Part shown: piece after piece, positions 13,975 through 26,310 of the stretch | Position numbering within the stretch: the first letter of the stretch is position 1 | Layout of the letters: the number at the start of each line of letters is the position of its first letter | Assembly (NCBI GenBank): GCA_964016885.1 | Contig: OZ024742.1 | Coordinates: 308,264,001-308,328,000, forward strand | Source of the DNA: Eledone cirrhosa | Lineage: Eukaryota | Reading direction: 5' to 3' | DNA length: 64,000 nt | Notes under the pieces: generated by a model | Databases searched by the model: none | What the model was told of the DNA's origin: nothing | What the model saw: the letters and a program-made list of their open reading frames with translations, nothing else | Translations under genes and position numbers: made by a program

Positions 13975-15400
13975 GAGTGTCAATCCAGTTGCAGATCAGA
14001 TGCGATTTCAGATGAGGACAGCATCTGAAGATCTCAGTCTTTGAGTTAAGGCAAGCGGAAGTGGCTCTCAAGTTTAGCAAAATCCTATGCTTTTCTGTGG
14101 TACACAAAGAACAATTCTTTGTGCCCCTTTGGTACTCCCTCTAATGGTCTAATATAGACCAATCAATAGAGTACGGGATGTTACTATCCTTGAGTTCCCA
14201 CACCTTACTTGCGAGGGCCGTTGATGTTCGTTTATCGGAGTGCTTAAAAGAAGCGACATGTGAGTAAAATCTTGTTTTAACCCTGTCCTTGGTCATACCG
14301 ACATATCGCTCACTCCTGGCTGGCTGGTTGTTGATTACCGGTGTTATCTTAGCATCATAAACGACAGATTTGGTGTTACATTTACCCTGCAATGAGCATT
14401 CATCCGGCTTCCTGCAACTGCATCCTGGATTTATTCTCGTACGGTTTGAACTGGTGATTTTGGACTTCATAGATGGGCAACAAGAGTAGCTGATCTTAAC
14501 TACGTTCCTATTAAAAATCTTATAATTACTCTTTTACCTGTTTCAGCCATCCGGCTGAGGCCATGCTGGGGCACCGCCCTTGTAGTATCTATGATTAGGA
14601 GGAAAATGTTTGTCTAATAGTTCAAGGAATTTCCTTCCTACATTAGTTTTGACAGTTAGAGAGAAGGGGTGTGTGAACCAAATAATCTTCCTTTTCCTGT
14701 TGTGGTTAGTTTTAGGGGGGGGGGAGTAGGTAAATAAGACATTTTTTCTGTAAAACCGCTGTTCTTAAGGGCTTTATTATAATACGGGGGGGGGGGCTTT
14801 ATTAAAAATGTCCATAGACGAAGATAAGGTAGATATCCTACGGCTAATGTTAGGAATAAGATTATTAAAAACTATAGGGGGATGGCAAGACTCTTTGTGT
14901 ATATACCTAAGATTTTCATTAGGTTTATGATAGGGTTTAAAAGAGGCAGTAAGTAGATCAAGATTAATATCAAGAAAGTTAGCATTAGTAAGGTTCGTAT
15001 CTATAGTAATTTTAAGGTTAAGACTAGCAAAAGTATTGATTAAATCTTTACGGAATTTATCAAGGTTATGTCCGTTGGTGGTATGAGAAACTGCTAATCC
15101 GTCATCACGGTATAAACCGATATTATGGGACGGAAATTTCTCTTTGAGGGTGTGGAGAAGGAATAATCCTACCAAGTCACACACATCCGCACTGTCATAT
15201 GAACCCATTGCAACATCAAAAGAGTTTTCAGGGTTTGACTTTTTAACCCAAATATTATCATTAGTAAAAAGTAAAGTTTTTCTAGCATGAAAGATAATGT
15301 CTTCTTCTAATTTAGAAATATTAATGAAGGGTCTTGCAAAATCTAAGGCATTAGTTAATAAGGAAACAGTAATAGAAGGGTAAAAATCGACAATATCATA
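13975..15400 (-). mobile_element. 5'-truncated Penelope-like element, Hydra-type RT plus C-terminal GIY-YIG endonuclease; disrupted
   Basis: YDIVDFYPSI, FDVAMGSYDSADVCDLVGL, GLYRDDGL, NFLDINLDL, RKRKIIWFTHPFS, CSC..PDECSLQGKC..SVVY..YVGMT, and after a stop CSLCTTEK..LNSKTEIFRCCPH. A SINE-tail fragment is inserted at ~14523-14582. Confidence 0.88.
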
Positions 15401-15412
15401 TGTGTATATGTA

Positions 15413-15469
<57 letters not shown>

Positions 15470-15491
<22 letters not shown>

Positions 15492-15730
15492 ATGTATGCT
15501 TTTGTGTTTTTGTGTGTGTGTGTTTGCATGTGTAGTTTTATTTTATTTTTCCCTTTCCTTCTTCCTTCTCCAGCCTCACTTTCATATAGATTGCATTTTT
15601 GTTTTTAAAATCCAAATTCAATAAACAAACCAGGATTTTTTCATTCTGAGGATTGAAAGCAAAACCTTTTGCTTTTAAAAACCACTGGTAAATGGAATAA
15701 TTGCCTTATGTTGTTTATTACATAATAATA
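15470..15730 (+). repeat. Inverted pseudo-LTR at the truncated 5' end of the Hydra-type PLE
   Basis: Reverse complement of 11385-11660; degenerate HHR at 15642-15694. Confidence 0.75.
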
Positions 15731-16046
15731 TATATATATATGTATATATGTGTATATATATATATTAACAGAGCCATAGACTCTCGCCATTCCCTGTAAA
15801 TAATGTGCTCAAAGGAGAGGAATTCCTGAGCACTTTAAAATATCGTTAATGTATGGTGATATTTCGCTCCTTATAACAGTCTTTCCTCTCACTCTGCTTG
15901 GTTGAGCACACTTCTCTGAGTGGTTTTGGGCTGCCCTTTCTAGCAGCTCCTCCATCAGAGGCGACTGGTTCACTGCCCTTAAATACGTGTAGTTGGACGG
16001 TCACTTTAAAAATTCTCTTAGTGTTGTCTGAAATGTATAGCCTAAC

Positions 16047-16124
16047 ACACGCTGATGATCCTGGGTCATTTCATTTCTGTCAACAACTTACTGGCGAAAC
16101 AGATCACTTTGGATTTGTACGTGT
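16047..16124 (+). ncRNA. Type I hammerhead ribozyme with full stem III
   Basis: ACACG-CTGATGA-[imperfect stem II]-GAAAC-AGATC ACTTTG GATTT-GTA-CGTGT, inside a TA-flanked element ~15770-16285. Confidence 0.8.
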
Positions 16125-16286
16125 TATATAGTTATAGAGGTACATATTTACGCTTTAATTTATAATTTTAATTATCGTGTCTATATTCTGCCTTTCATAG
16201 GTTATAGATTCCATACACTGGTGGTTTTTCCCCGTTTTATTGATGGCGTATCTCTCTCTAGTGTGTTACCTTTTCAACATATTGTG

Positions 16287-16377
<91 letters not shown>

Positions 16378-16762
16378 GGTAAACACAAATAACAACACAA
16401 TCGGTACAGTATGGAAGGAATATATTTGAGGGTCATAAGGTTTTGGACTCTAGTCCTTCATTAGAAGAAAGAATAAGAAATTAGATAGATTGAAGGGACA
16501 GGCGGGGTGAAATTGGAAAAAATGTATTTAGATGAAAATAACAGGTCCATTCATGTTGACATTCATACATAAATATAAACATTCATATATATATATATAG
16601 TATTAAGGATACTATTTATGGTTATGTATATACTAAAACCTTTTATAGTTATATATATTTTAAACCCTAAATAGTGAAAGACAGTAATTTATTACTACCT
16701 TATTACCAGTAAGATAAATAGCTCAATGTAATAACATCAGTTGTTCTACAGAGCAGTTATAT

Positions 16763-17824
16763 AGAAATTACATGAATCAAAGTTCTGTTTAAACCATTTA
16801 TTCGCTTACAATTGTATCTTCCAAACCGAGGTTTTAGCATGGCAATTTACATTCAAAGATTAAAGTCATATTAAAAGAAAACAAAATTAAAGTTAAAATA
16901 CAACATTGGCAGTTTACGAAGAAAATGCAAGAGGATAGTTAGAAGTAGTTAGTGTATGCAATAGTTACACATGGGGCATGCACGTGTGTCTTATTTATAT
17001 AAGATTATAGTGCGACAGGGTGTTATATGTAATACAAGCACTTTAAGCGGGCAATCAAGAGTATTATGGGGGTTGTATTCGTAAAGTATTTTTTAATATG
17101 TATGTAATAGAAGCTTGTGTGTAGAGAAATATTAAAAAATATTAAAAATGAGAAGTAAAACAATGTTATGGTTTTCGTATACACTACCATTTTCACAATC
17201 CAGGAAACGTAATATATAGATTATATGTCCTTCACATAATCTACGATGATTCAATATTGGATGCTTGATGAAGTATGTTAGAATATTACAGCTTGTTGCT
17301 AATATTTTTAATATTTCTCATTTTTAATATTTTTAATATTTCTCTACACACAAGCTTCTATATCATACATATAAAAAAATACTTTACCAATACAACCCCC
17401 ATAATATTCTTGATTGCCCACTTAAAGTGTTTGTATTACATATAACACCCTGCCGCACTATAATCTTATATAAATAAGACACACGTGCATGCCCCACCTG
17501 TAACTATTGCATACACTAACTACTTCTAACTATCCTCTTGCATTTTCTTCGTAAACTGCCAATGTTGTGTTTTAACTTTAATTTTGTTTTCTTTTAATAT
17601 GACTTTAATCTTTGAATGTAAATTGCCATGCTAAAATATTATAATGGATGTCAACCCACTGTGCGTTAATATATACATATGTTTCTGTATGTCTCTTGGG
17701 TTGAAAAGGAGGTCATGTATGTAAACAATCATTGAAAAATTGCTCTGAAGACTCAAAACCTCGGTGTGAAAGAAACAATTGTAAGCGAATAAATGGTTTA
17801 AACAGAACTTTGATTCATGTAATT

Positions 17825-17825
<1 letters not shown>
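16763..17825. mobile_element. Complex fold-back pseudo-LTR element
   Basis: ~16836-17160 is inverted relative to ~17300-17636, and ~16763-16836 is inverted relative to ~17755-17825. Confidence 0.75.
17740..17788 (+). ncRNA. Type I hammerhead ribozyme
   Basis: TTGCT-CTGAAGA-[weak stem II]-GAAAC-AATT-GTA-AGCGA; palindromic stem III. Confidence 0.7.
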
Positions 17826-17869
<44 letters not shown>

Positions 17870-20800
17870 CCACCACCACCCGCCCATCCCCATACACCCA
17901 CCACTGTTCACCTCTCCCTCGACCCACACCCCTACTCAATCTCCACCCTCCACCTAACCCCACCCCCCAAACACCCAAACCCACCCCTTGTTGTCACCAT
18001 ACCCCCTGACCTCCCCCTCTCCGCACCTGAGGGCTCACTCCTTAGTTGAGGCCTTCGCTTCATACCCCACACTCCGAACAGCGACGAGTTCCGCACCCGA
18101 ACGGAAGTCGAGCGATTCGTGCGACGCACTAAGCTACAGGCACATTTCGGCCGAACGTCACCGGCTCCGGACGCCCCAGACTCGTTTCTCGCTCTGGGCC
18201 GACGACCATCTTCTTGAACGCCGGCCCCAAGGCAATTTAGCACCCTGGACGCCTTCGTCGATGCCAGCCGTAGCGCAGTAAATCGTTTGGACTTCCGCCA
18301 CCGTTCCAAACGGTACAATATCTCACGGGGCGAACTCCTCGCTCTCCGCTCCCTCCGTAGCCGAGATGACATCGTCATCAAACCGGCGGACAAGGGAGGC
18401 GCCGTAGTGGTGTGGCGCGCGGACCTCTACACGGCCGAAGCCCTCAGGCAGCTCTGTAACCCCCTCTTTTACCGCCCTCTACCCTCCGATCCCACCCCCC
18501 TCTACCAACAACAAGTCTCCTCCACCATCAAAGACCTTATCGCCTCCTCCCTCCTCCCCCCACCGATTCCCACCTCATCGTCCGCACCCCCCGCACCCCC
18601 ACCATCTACTTCCTCCCCAAACTCCACAAACCCGACAACCCCGGCCGCCCCACGTCTCCGCTTGCAACTGCCCCACCGAACTCATCTCCGCCTTTCTCGA
18701 CTCCATCCTCGCCCCCCTTGTCACCATCCTCCCCTCCCACATCTCCGACACCAACCACGCCCTGCGCCTTTTCGACTCCTTCACCTACCCACCCGGCCCA
18801 CAGCCCTTCCTCTTCACCCTAGACATCAAGTCCCTCTATACCGTCATCCCCCACGCCGACGGCCTACGCGCCCTCAAACACTACCTCGACCTTCGCCCCT
18901 CCACCATTCCCTACACGCCCACCCTCCTTCGCCTCGCCTAGCCTCGTCCTCACCCTGAATTGTTTCTCCTTCTCGGGTGAGTTTTACCAACAGGTCACGG
19001 GGGTAGCCATGGGTACAAGAATGGGCCCGAACTATGCCAACCTTTTTGTTGGCCATGTTGAGGCCCAAATCTTTGCCCAGTACACCGGCCCCACGCCCGA
19101 ACTGTACGGTCGTTACATTGACGACTGTATCGGAGCCACGACCCTCACCCGAGAACAGCTCGACTCCTTTCTCTCCTTCTTCTGCTCCTTCCACCCCTCC
19201 CTCCACTTCCCCACCTCTATCTCCACCACCCACGTCCACTTCTTAGAATCTCCGTCGCCTTCGACCCCTCCCACCTCTCCCTCATCACCTCCGCCTTCTT
19301 CAAACCCACCTACTCCCACTCTTACCTCGACTTCACCTCTTCCCACCCCACCCACACTAAACACTCCATTCCCTACTCCCAACTTCTCAGGATCCGCCGC
19401 CTCTGTAGCCGAGATGCTGACTTTGAGCCCCAGGCCCTTTCCCTAGTCAGCCATTTCATCCGCAGAGGTTCCCCCCCTCTCTCGTCCACACCGCTCTCAC
19501 CCGCGCCCGTGCTGTCCCCCGCTCCACCACCCTCACCCCACGCCATCGCACACCCACCCACCGTCTCCCCTTCCCCATCACCTACTACCCCTCCATCTTA
19601 CCCCTCCACCGCACCATCCGCCGCCTCTTCCGACACCTCCAGTCCGACCCCTCCACCTCCCACATCTTCCCAACCCCACCACTCCCCTCTTTCAAACGCG
19701 CACGCAATCTCCGCACCCTCCTCGTCCACAGCTCCCTACCCCCCAACCCACGCTCTGTATCCCCCCCCGGTTCCTTTCCCTGTTCTAGGCCCCGCTGCAA
19801 CACCTGTCCCCACATCACCAACACCACCACCTTTCAGGGTCCCAACGGCCACTCTCTCTCTGTCCGGCATGCCTTCCGCTGCACCTCCTCCAACCTAGCC
19901 TACGTACTTCGCGACTTATGCCGGACAGACGCGACGTCGCCTGGCGGACCGATTCACTGAGCACCTCCGGGATATTCGTCTCGGGGGTAGTTCCCCCATC
20001 GCCCGCCACTTTGGTGGCCCTGGACATTCCGCACGCCATCTCACAGTCTGTGGCCTACTCCAGTGCCACGGAACACGCGCCAATCGCCTTAGGGTCGAAC
20101 AACGAACTATCTTCATCTTACAGACCCACACTCCCCCCGGCCTGAACTCCCCACCCTTATTCCTTTAGCCTTCGACCGCCCCCTCCCCCACACTTATCCC
20201 CCACTAACACCACTAACATACCCCTCCTTTTCACCGCCCACGCCACAACTAACAATACTAACACCTCCACTCCACCCCTCATCTGACCACCCTTCCCCAA
20301 CTAACATACTAACATCCCCCCTTCTTATCCTCCTCCCCCCTTCTTATCCTCCTCCCCCCTCCTTAACACACGCACACACCCACCGGCACATATATACACG
20401 CGCTCACACTAAACACACACCCTACTACCACCACTAACCCTCACCCCCACACCTCTCACCCCCACACCTCCATCCCACCACCCCGCAACTAACCTCACTA
20501 ACAACCCCTAACCCCAAGCACACGAACACACGCACGCACTTACACCACCCACACCACACGCAACTAACATCACTAACACCCCCAACCCCACGCACACGTA
20601 CCCACACACCCTTGTACACCACCAACTCTACACACCCTACCACCACTAACCCCCACTCACACCTACATTCAACCCCTCCCACCTCCCGTATACTAACACC
20701 CACTAACACCCCTTCATCAAACTACACACACACCAGTACACCACACTCCCTCCATAGAACTACACACACCCTTCTCTCCCCGCTCCACCCACACCCACGC

Positions 20801-21795
20801 TCCACACTCACTCATCCCACTAACACCTCTACTAATACACACACACACACCCTCCTCACTCCAACTTTCACACCTACCCATCCTCGCCCCTTTACCATTC
20901 CACCGACTGCTGCTATGCCCTCTGACCACCTCCCAGCACAAACAGACACACAGCACTCCCACTGCTTGACCACTTCCTGTTGCGCGCGCACCCCGCATCT
21001 CTCCTCTTCCGACCATCGCTTCATGGGATACTCGCACGTAGAAATTGACCACCACAGAATCCACTAAACACCATTGGATTTTACCAACTTTTCAACCATC
21101 CTCTTACGTAATCACCTATATAACTCACCCACATACACACCCCAAAAAATGTTTTTGCTCCACACGCCACCTACACCCACAACACGCTTAAACCCCACAC
21201 ACACGTGCTTTCCACCACATATTTACACCCTCAGCCTCCTGATTCCTCTCCCCCCTCTATCCACACACGCACAGACACTCCGACCCCCCCCCCACCCACA
21301 CACCTCTTCCTGAACATGCAACGCCGTTCTTCCCCCAACCCTTACATTCACATACACACACACACACACACGTACACCTACACACACACACCACCTTCAG
21401 CCCTCCCCGCTCGGACACCCCGTCTCCCTCTCCCCACTCCACCCGCCACCACCCATACACACCCCACACCCTTCCACCACCTGTTTTACACCCCTTTTAA
21501 TTTCAGTTTATCTTGATAATGCTTTTATATTTAAATTTATTTCATTCCTTGTATTTTGATCATGCTTTATTTTTATTTTTATTTTTATTTTTTTCATTCG
21601 CACCGTTTCCTTTCGCTATATGTCTCTCCACCACTCCCCTACACACCCTTTGAACTCTGTTCCTACACACTTCTCACCTGAGGAAGAGCTTATGCCCGAA
21701 ACGTCGTCCCCCACCAACACCCCACTCTCCAGAGTGTGAAATTAATAAACATTCGTTGTACTGCCTCTCTGTTTTGTCCCTGTTCAAATGTTTCC
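17870..21795 (+). mobile_element. C-rich Penelope-like element (Neptune-like), near-complete RT plus GIY-YIG with frameshifts, long C-rich 3' UTR and pLTR
   Basis: DIVIKPADKGGAVVVW, FTLDIKSLYT (by hand), MGTRMGPNYANLFVG, YGRYIDD, SIPYSQLLRIRRLCS, CNTCPH, GQTRRRLADRFTEHL..PIARHF..GH..LQTH.PPGLN (ends ~20168). HHR core at 21678, AATAAA ~21744, flanked by (TA)n. Confidence 0.9.
21676..21707 (+). ncRNA. Minimal PLE-type hammerhead motif
   Basis: CTGAGGA-AGAGC TTAT GCCC-GAAACGTC; stem I is weak. Confidence 0.55.
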
Positions 21796-21902
21796 CTTAT
21801 ATATTTATATATATATATATATATTTCGTTTCTGAATTTGTTTAGCAAGATTCTTTATCTGAAATCGTGTGTTGAAACCGATATTGTTATACTTTGGGAG
21901 GG

Positions 21903-23700
21903 TGTTTTTCTCTAGTTCCTGACTGTTCTTTAGTGGGGGTGTCTTAACTACGATGTTTATATCATCTACGTAGCGGGAGTACATTATTAGGGGTAAGCTG
22001 TCTTCTAATTGTTCATTAAGTTAATGAACAATGAACAATGAACTTAATGAACAATTAGAAGACAGCTTAACCCTGATAATGTACTCCCGCTACGTAGATG
22101 ATATAAACATCGTAGTTAAGACACCCCCACTAAAGAACAGTCAGGAACTAGAGAAAAACACAATGGAAAGCATCCAGCAAATAGCAAACTCCATCCACCA
22201 GAGCATTAGAGTTACTATAGACTACCCAAGTAGACACCCCAACCATCGATTACCTGTACTAGACACAGAGCTCTGGTTAGATACCATTAACAACCAAAAA
22301 CAAATCCTCCATTCCCATTATGCCAAACCCATGACTTCCAAACATCTGATCCACCGAAACTCGGCCATTTCGGACCATACCAAAATCAACATACTGATTG
22401 CGGATTTGGTACGGGTGATGAGAAATGTGTCCCGCATGTGCAACCCCGAAGAACTAGAGAGACACATACAAAACTTCATCCACCGTATGCAATTCTCTGG
22501 CTACAATCAGAGAGATAGAATCAGAGTGTATAAAGGAGCCAGAACCAAATGGGAAAAAATGGTAAATAATGACATAAATGGGACCTGCCCCTTGTATAGG
22601 AGCAAATTTTGGTATAGAATAGAAAGAACTAGGAACAAGGCCAATAGAATAAACTCATGGTATGATAGCAATAAATACCAGAGTGTAATGTTCATCAATA
22701 CAACCCCTAGAGGCGAACTAGCCTACAAATTTAGAAGGGCCCTAAATAAACATAATCTCAATATTAAGATAGTAGAAAGACCTGGTACCTCCATAAAAAC
22801 ACTTATTAGCAAGACATACCCGTTCCAAAGACCCTCATGTATAGATAAGAAATGTATAACCTGTAAAATAAGCCCCCATATTAACTGTAAAACTAGAAAT
22901 GTAGTGTATAGCATAAGATGTACTGAAGGACAATGTAGAAACAAAAATATAGTGTACATAGGTGAGACAGCTCGTAGTATAGGGGAACGAATAAATGAAC
23001 ACTGGCGAGACCTCCAAGATAATAAAGAATCATCTGTGCTCTACCAACATGCTAAGATAGAACACAGGGGTAGATTAGAGAGCATAGAAATAAAAATAGA
23101 ATCCACACACAGAAAAGACGCAATGTTTAGGCAAATTACAGAGGCAGTAAGCATAAAAGAATTAAAACCAAAATTAAATAGAAAATATGAGTGCAACAGC
23201 AACATCACAACTTACAATTAAGGACAAAATGAAAACACACACACACATAGAACAAACAACTTACAATTGAAAACACACACAAAATGAAAACACACACAGG
23301 ACAAAATGAAAACACACACACACATAGAACAAACAACCAACCAACAATAAATAAATAAATAAATAAACAAATAGAAAAATATGAATAGAAAAATAAAAAA
23401 TAAACACAAACACACACAGACACCCGGATGTGGCGCATGCACAAACTGAGCACACAACACACACACAGAAACAAAATGGCGTAGGATAGAAGAAAGCAAA
23501 GGCACAGAAACGAAGAAAGGAATCCCCAGTCACTGAAAAGGTCACAGAGTGTGTGACGAAAGGACTATGACTATATATATAAACAACTATCTGGTTGCGG
23601 AACCAACCAACCAACCAGAAATTTATAAGTTTGTAGATTTGTAAATTTGTAAATTTATGAATTTATAAATATATAATAAATTGAAGTGAAAGCAGCTGGT
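21903..23700 (+). mobile_element. 5'-truncated PLE with an inverted duplication of its truncated end, A-rich 3' UTR and pLTR
   Basis: ~21903-22022 is the reverse complement of ~22041-22161. Degenerate HHR at 23528-23572 (AGTCA-CTGAAAAG-GTCACA..TGTGAC-GAAAGGACTA-TGACT). Confidence 0.85.
22031..23221 (+). CDS. Penelope-like element RT C-terminal half plus GIY-YIG endonuclease (uninterrupted 396-aa frame, 5'-truncated)
   Basis: YSRYVDD, LPVLDTELW, HYAKPM, MQFSGY, C..KKC.TC...NCKTRNVVYSIRC...YIGETARSIGERINEH...LYQHAKIEH...RQITEAVSI...PKLN. Confidence 0.88.
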   Translation: MNNELNEQLEDSLTLIMYSRYVDDINIVVKTPPLKNSQELEKNTMESIQQIANSIHQSIRVTIDYPSRHPNHRLPVLDTELWLDTINNQKQILHSHYAKPMTSKHLIHRNSAISDHTKINILIADLVRVMRNVSRMCNPEELERHIQNFIHRMQFSGYNQRDRIRVYKGARTKWEKMVNNDINGTCPLYRSKFWYRIERTRNKANRINSWYDSNKYQSVMFINTTPRGELAYKFRRALNKHNLNIKIVERPGTSIKTLISKTYPFQRPSCIDKKCITCKISPHINCKTRNVVYSIRCTEGQCRNKNIVYIGETARSIGERINEHWRDLQDNKESSVLYQHAKIEHRGRLESIEIKIESTHRKDAMFRQITEAVSIKELKPKLNRKYECNSNITTYN

Positions 23701-23740
23701 GCGTGTGTTTCTTATTGGCAACATGACCCTCCCAAAGTAT

Positions 23741-23807
<67 letters not shown>

Positions 23808-23919
23808 TTGTAATAGAATGAAAAGGAAATTTCATTTCTCACTCTTAGTACGGCACTTACTTAAATGTAAGTATGTATGTATACGTACATACATATATGT
23901 ATACAGACGTACAGTAGCA

Positions 23920-23949
<30 letters not shown>

Positions 23950-23953
<4 letters not shown>

Positions 23954-24845
23954 GAAACACACAGATACATGCAGACACACACATATATACATGAATGCAT
24001 CCGCACCCAACTGTGAGTTAAGGGTGCCAACTTCACCGATGTTGCTCAATGAATGACTGGGACAGACCAATTCAGTTTGAACTAGACTGAACCAGTATCA
24101 GAGTTAAAAATACATTATGAAGAGAGAAGAAACATTTAGATATAATTAGTAATAAAATGTATCATACCTAAACTGTTCCTAAATTCCTCGACTACGTAGT
24201 TTCGTGGCATAAACAAAAACAATATATCAAAGATATAGAGTCCTTGCGAGGTCTGCCGACTTATCAAGAGGATACCTCATTTTACTAGTCTCAAGAACGC
24301 GTCTACACGACGTGAGAAAGAATCCCAAAAGGCGGAGGGGGAGATAGTCACGCGATATAACGGTCGAGAAACAGAGCTAAGCCTCTTATAACCACGAAGA
24401 AAATACCACGGAGGCGGAGGGGGTATTCATATCGAGGCCGTAGAAGAGGTAGTGAAGAAGGCGAGAAGTATGAGTAAAAGCTTCCATTACTCATACTTCT
24501 CGCCTTCTTCACTACCTCTTCTACGGCCTCGATATGAATACCCCCTCCGCCTCCGTGGTATTTTCTTCGTGGTTATAAGAGGCTTAGCTCTGTTTCTCGA
24601 CCGTTATATCGCGTGACTATCTCCCCCTCCGCCTTTTGGGATTCTTTCTCACGTCGTGTAGACGCGTTCTTGAGACTAGTAAAATGAGGTATCCTCTTGA
24701 TAAGTCGGCAGACCTCGCAAGGACTCTATATCTTTGATATATTGTTTTTGTTTATGCCACGAAACTACGTAGTCGAGGAATTTAGGAACAGTTTAGGTAT
24801 GATACATTTTATTACTAATTATATCTAAATGTTTCTTCTCTCTTC

Positions 24846-24850
<5 letters not shown>
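23950..24850. mobile_element. Large fold-back element (arms ~24114-24477 and ~24487-24850) with an HHR in each arm
   Basis: Near-perfect ~365-bp inverted repeat, unique tail on the left, (TA)n flanks. Confidence 0.88.
24693..24778 (+). ncRNA. Type I hammerhead ribozyme, U3-A8 core variant (mirror copy 24186-24271 on minus)
   Basis: CCTC-TTGATAA-GTCGGCA...TGCCAC-GAAAC-TACGTA-GTC-GAGG. Confidence 0.78.
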
Positions 24851-24884
<34 letters not shown>

Positions 24885-24887
<3 letters not shown>

Positions 24888-25316
24888 CAGGTACACATAC
24901 ATATATGTACGTATCAGTTTAGCGGACGTTTATTATAACGCCCGCTTTGTCCGTTTGTAAACAAACGAACAGCCTGAATTTATGCCGTACGGTGTTAAGG
25001 CAACGACATCACCTTTTTGTTCAACACTGACACAGGAACGATGTACTAGTTTCAAGCTTCTTAGCTATCATCAGCACCGTATACCCTTCTGTCAGATGGT
25101 TGAACGTTCGAAAGTATATACTTTCCTTATGAAAATTAACGGCTGAGCAGCCTAATTTGCATATCGAGTGAGTTCAGTCGGCCAGGCGCACCGAAAACGA
25201 TAAGTTGTAATAGAATGAAAACGAAATTTCATTTCTCACTCTTAGTACGGCACTTACTTAAATGTAAGTATGTATGTATACGTACATACATATATGTATA
25301 CAGACGTACAGTAGCA

Positions 25317-25394
<78 letters not shown>

Positions 25395-25549
25395 TACAGG
25401 TACACATACATATATGTACGTATCAGTTTAGCGGACGTTTATTATAACGCCCGCTTTGTCCTGTATGTATATACATTTACAAACGGACAAAGCGGGCGTT
25501 ATAATAAACGTCCGCTAAACTTATACGTACATATATGTATGTGTACCTG

Positions 25550-25587
<38 letters not shown>

Positions 25588-25620
25588 TGCATGCTACTGT
25601 ACGTCTGTATACATATATGT
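24885..25620 (-). mobile_element. Retrozyme-like HHR repeat, family B (partial tandem, ~510-bp period including an internal TA tract, with terminal inversion)
   Basis: 24885-24950 repeats at 25395-25460; 25200-25320 also occurs at 23805-23920; inverted piece 25480-25640; related copies at 26980-27390 and 36330-36630. Confidence 0.75.
25038..25080 (-). ncRNA. Type I hammerhead ribozyme (minimal, palindromic stem III)
   Basis: ACGGTG-CTGATGA-TAGC TAAGAA GCTT-GAAAC-TA-GTA-CATCGT. Confidence 0.82.
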
Positions 25621-25639
25621 ATGTACGTATACATACATA

Positions 25640-25677
<38 letters not shown>

Positions 25678-25689
25678 GATATATATAAG

Positions 25690-26027
25690 CAAAGAGATAT
25701 TTAATTTGTTGGTAATTCAACAAATATATTTATAACAGATTTGAAGCACTCGACAGTATTTTCTGGACTATAATATCAATGATACTAATAAATGGAAACT
25801 ATATTTATAAAACCATATTTATTCTATTATATATATTTCAAGGGTACCAAAACTTTGGTACTATCTCAAATGGAACCAGAACTGCTAAGGTCTGATTCCT
25901 GGGTATGCCACTATTTATAAAACAAATTTTGTATTTTATCTGATGAGAGCGTACCAAAGTTTTGGTACCCTTATATACCCTTTTTAGAATAAATATGGTT
26001 TTATGAATATAGTTTCCATTTATTAAT

Positions 26028-26032
<5 letters not shown>
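25690..26032. mobile_element. Fold-back pLTR element related to the end of the Hydra-type PLE at 61660
   Basis: ~25778-25862 is inverted relative to ~25950-26032; the left part matches 61660-61775. Confidence 0.7.
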
Positions 26033-26120
<88 letters not shown>

Positions 26121-26310
26121 GTATAGAAGTAGTTACACAACAGTTAGTAACTGTTGTGTTACTACTTCTACCAAACTTGTCAAGTGGACAGAGTGCTCTA
26201 CTAGGCATATTACCTTCCAGTGTTCTCTCTCTCTCTCTCTCACTCTCTCTCTCTCTCTCTCTCTCAATATATATTTATATATATATATTTATATATATAT
26301 ATATATCTAT

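Noticed and set aside
14141-14143. Possible recoded stop (selenocysteine-type, as in some Naiad PLEs)
   Set aside because: The stop is TAG, not TGA; the element has a C-terminal EN and other disabling lesions.
16425-16470. HHR-like remnants here and at ~28450, ~44140 and ~50281
   Set aside because: Two or more core nucleotides are mutated or stem I is missing; too degenerate to call.
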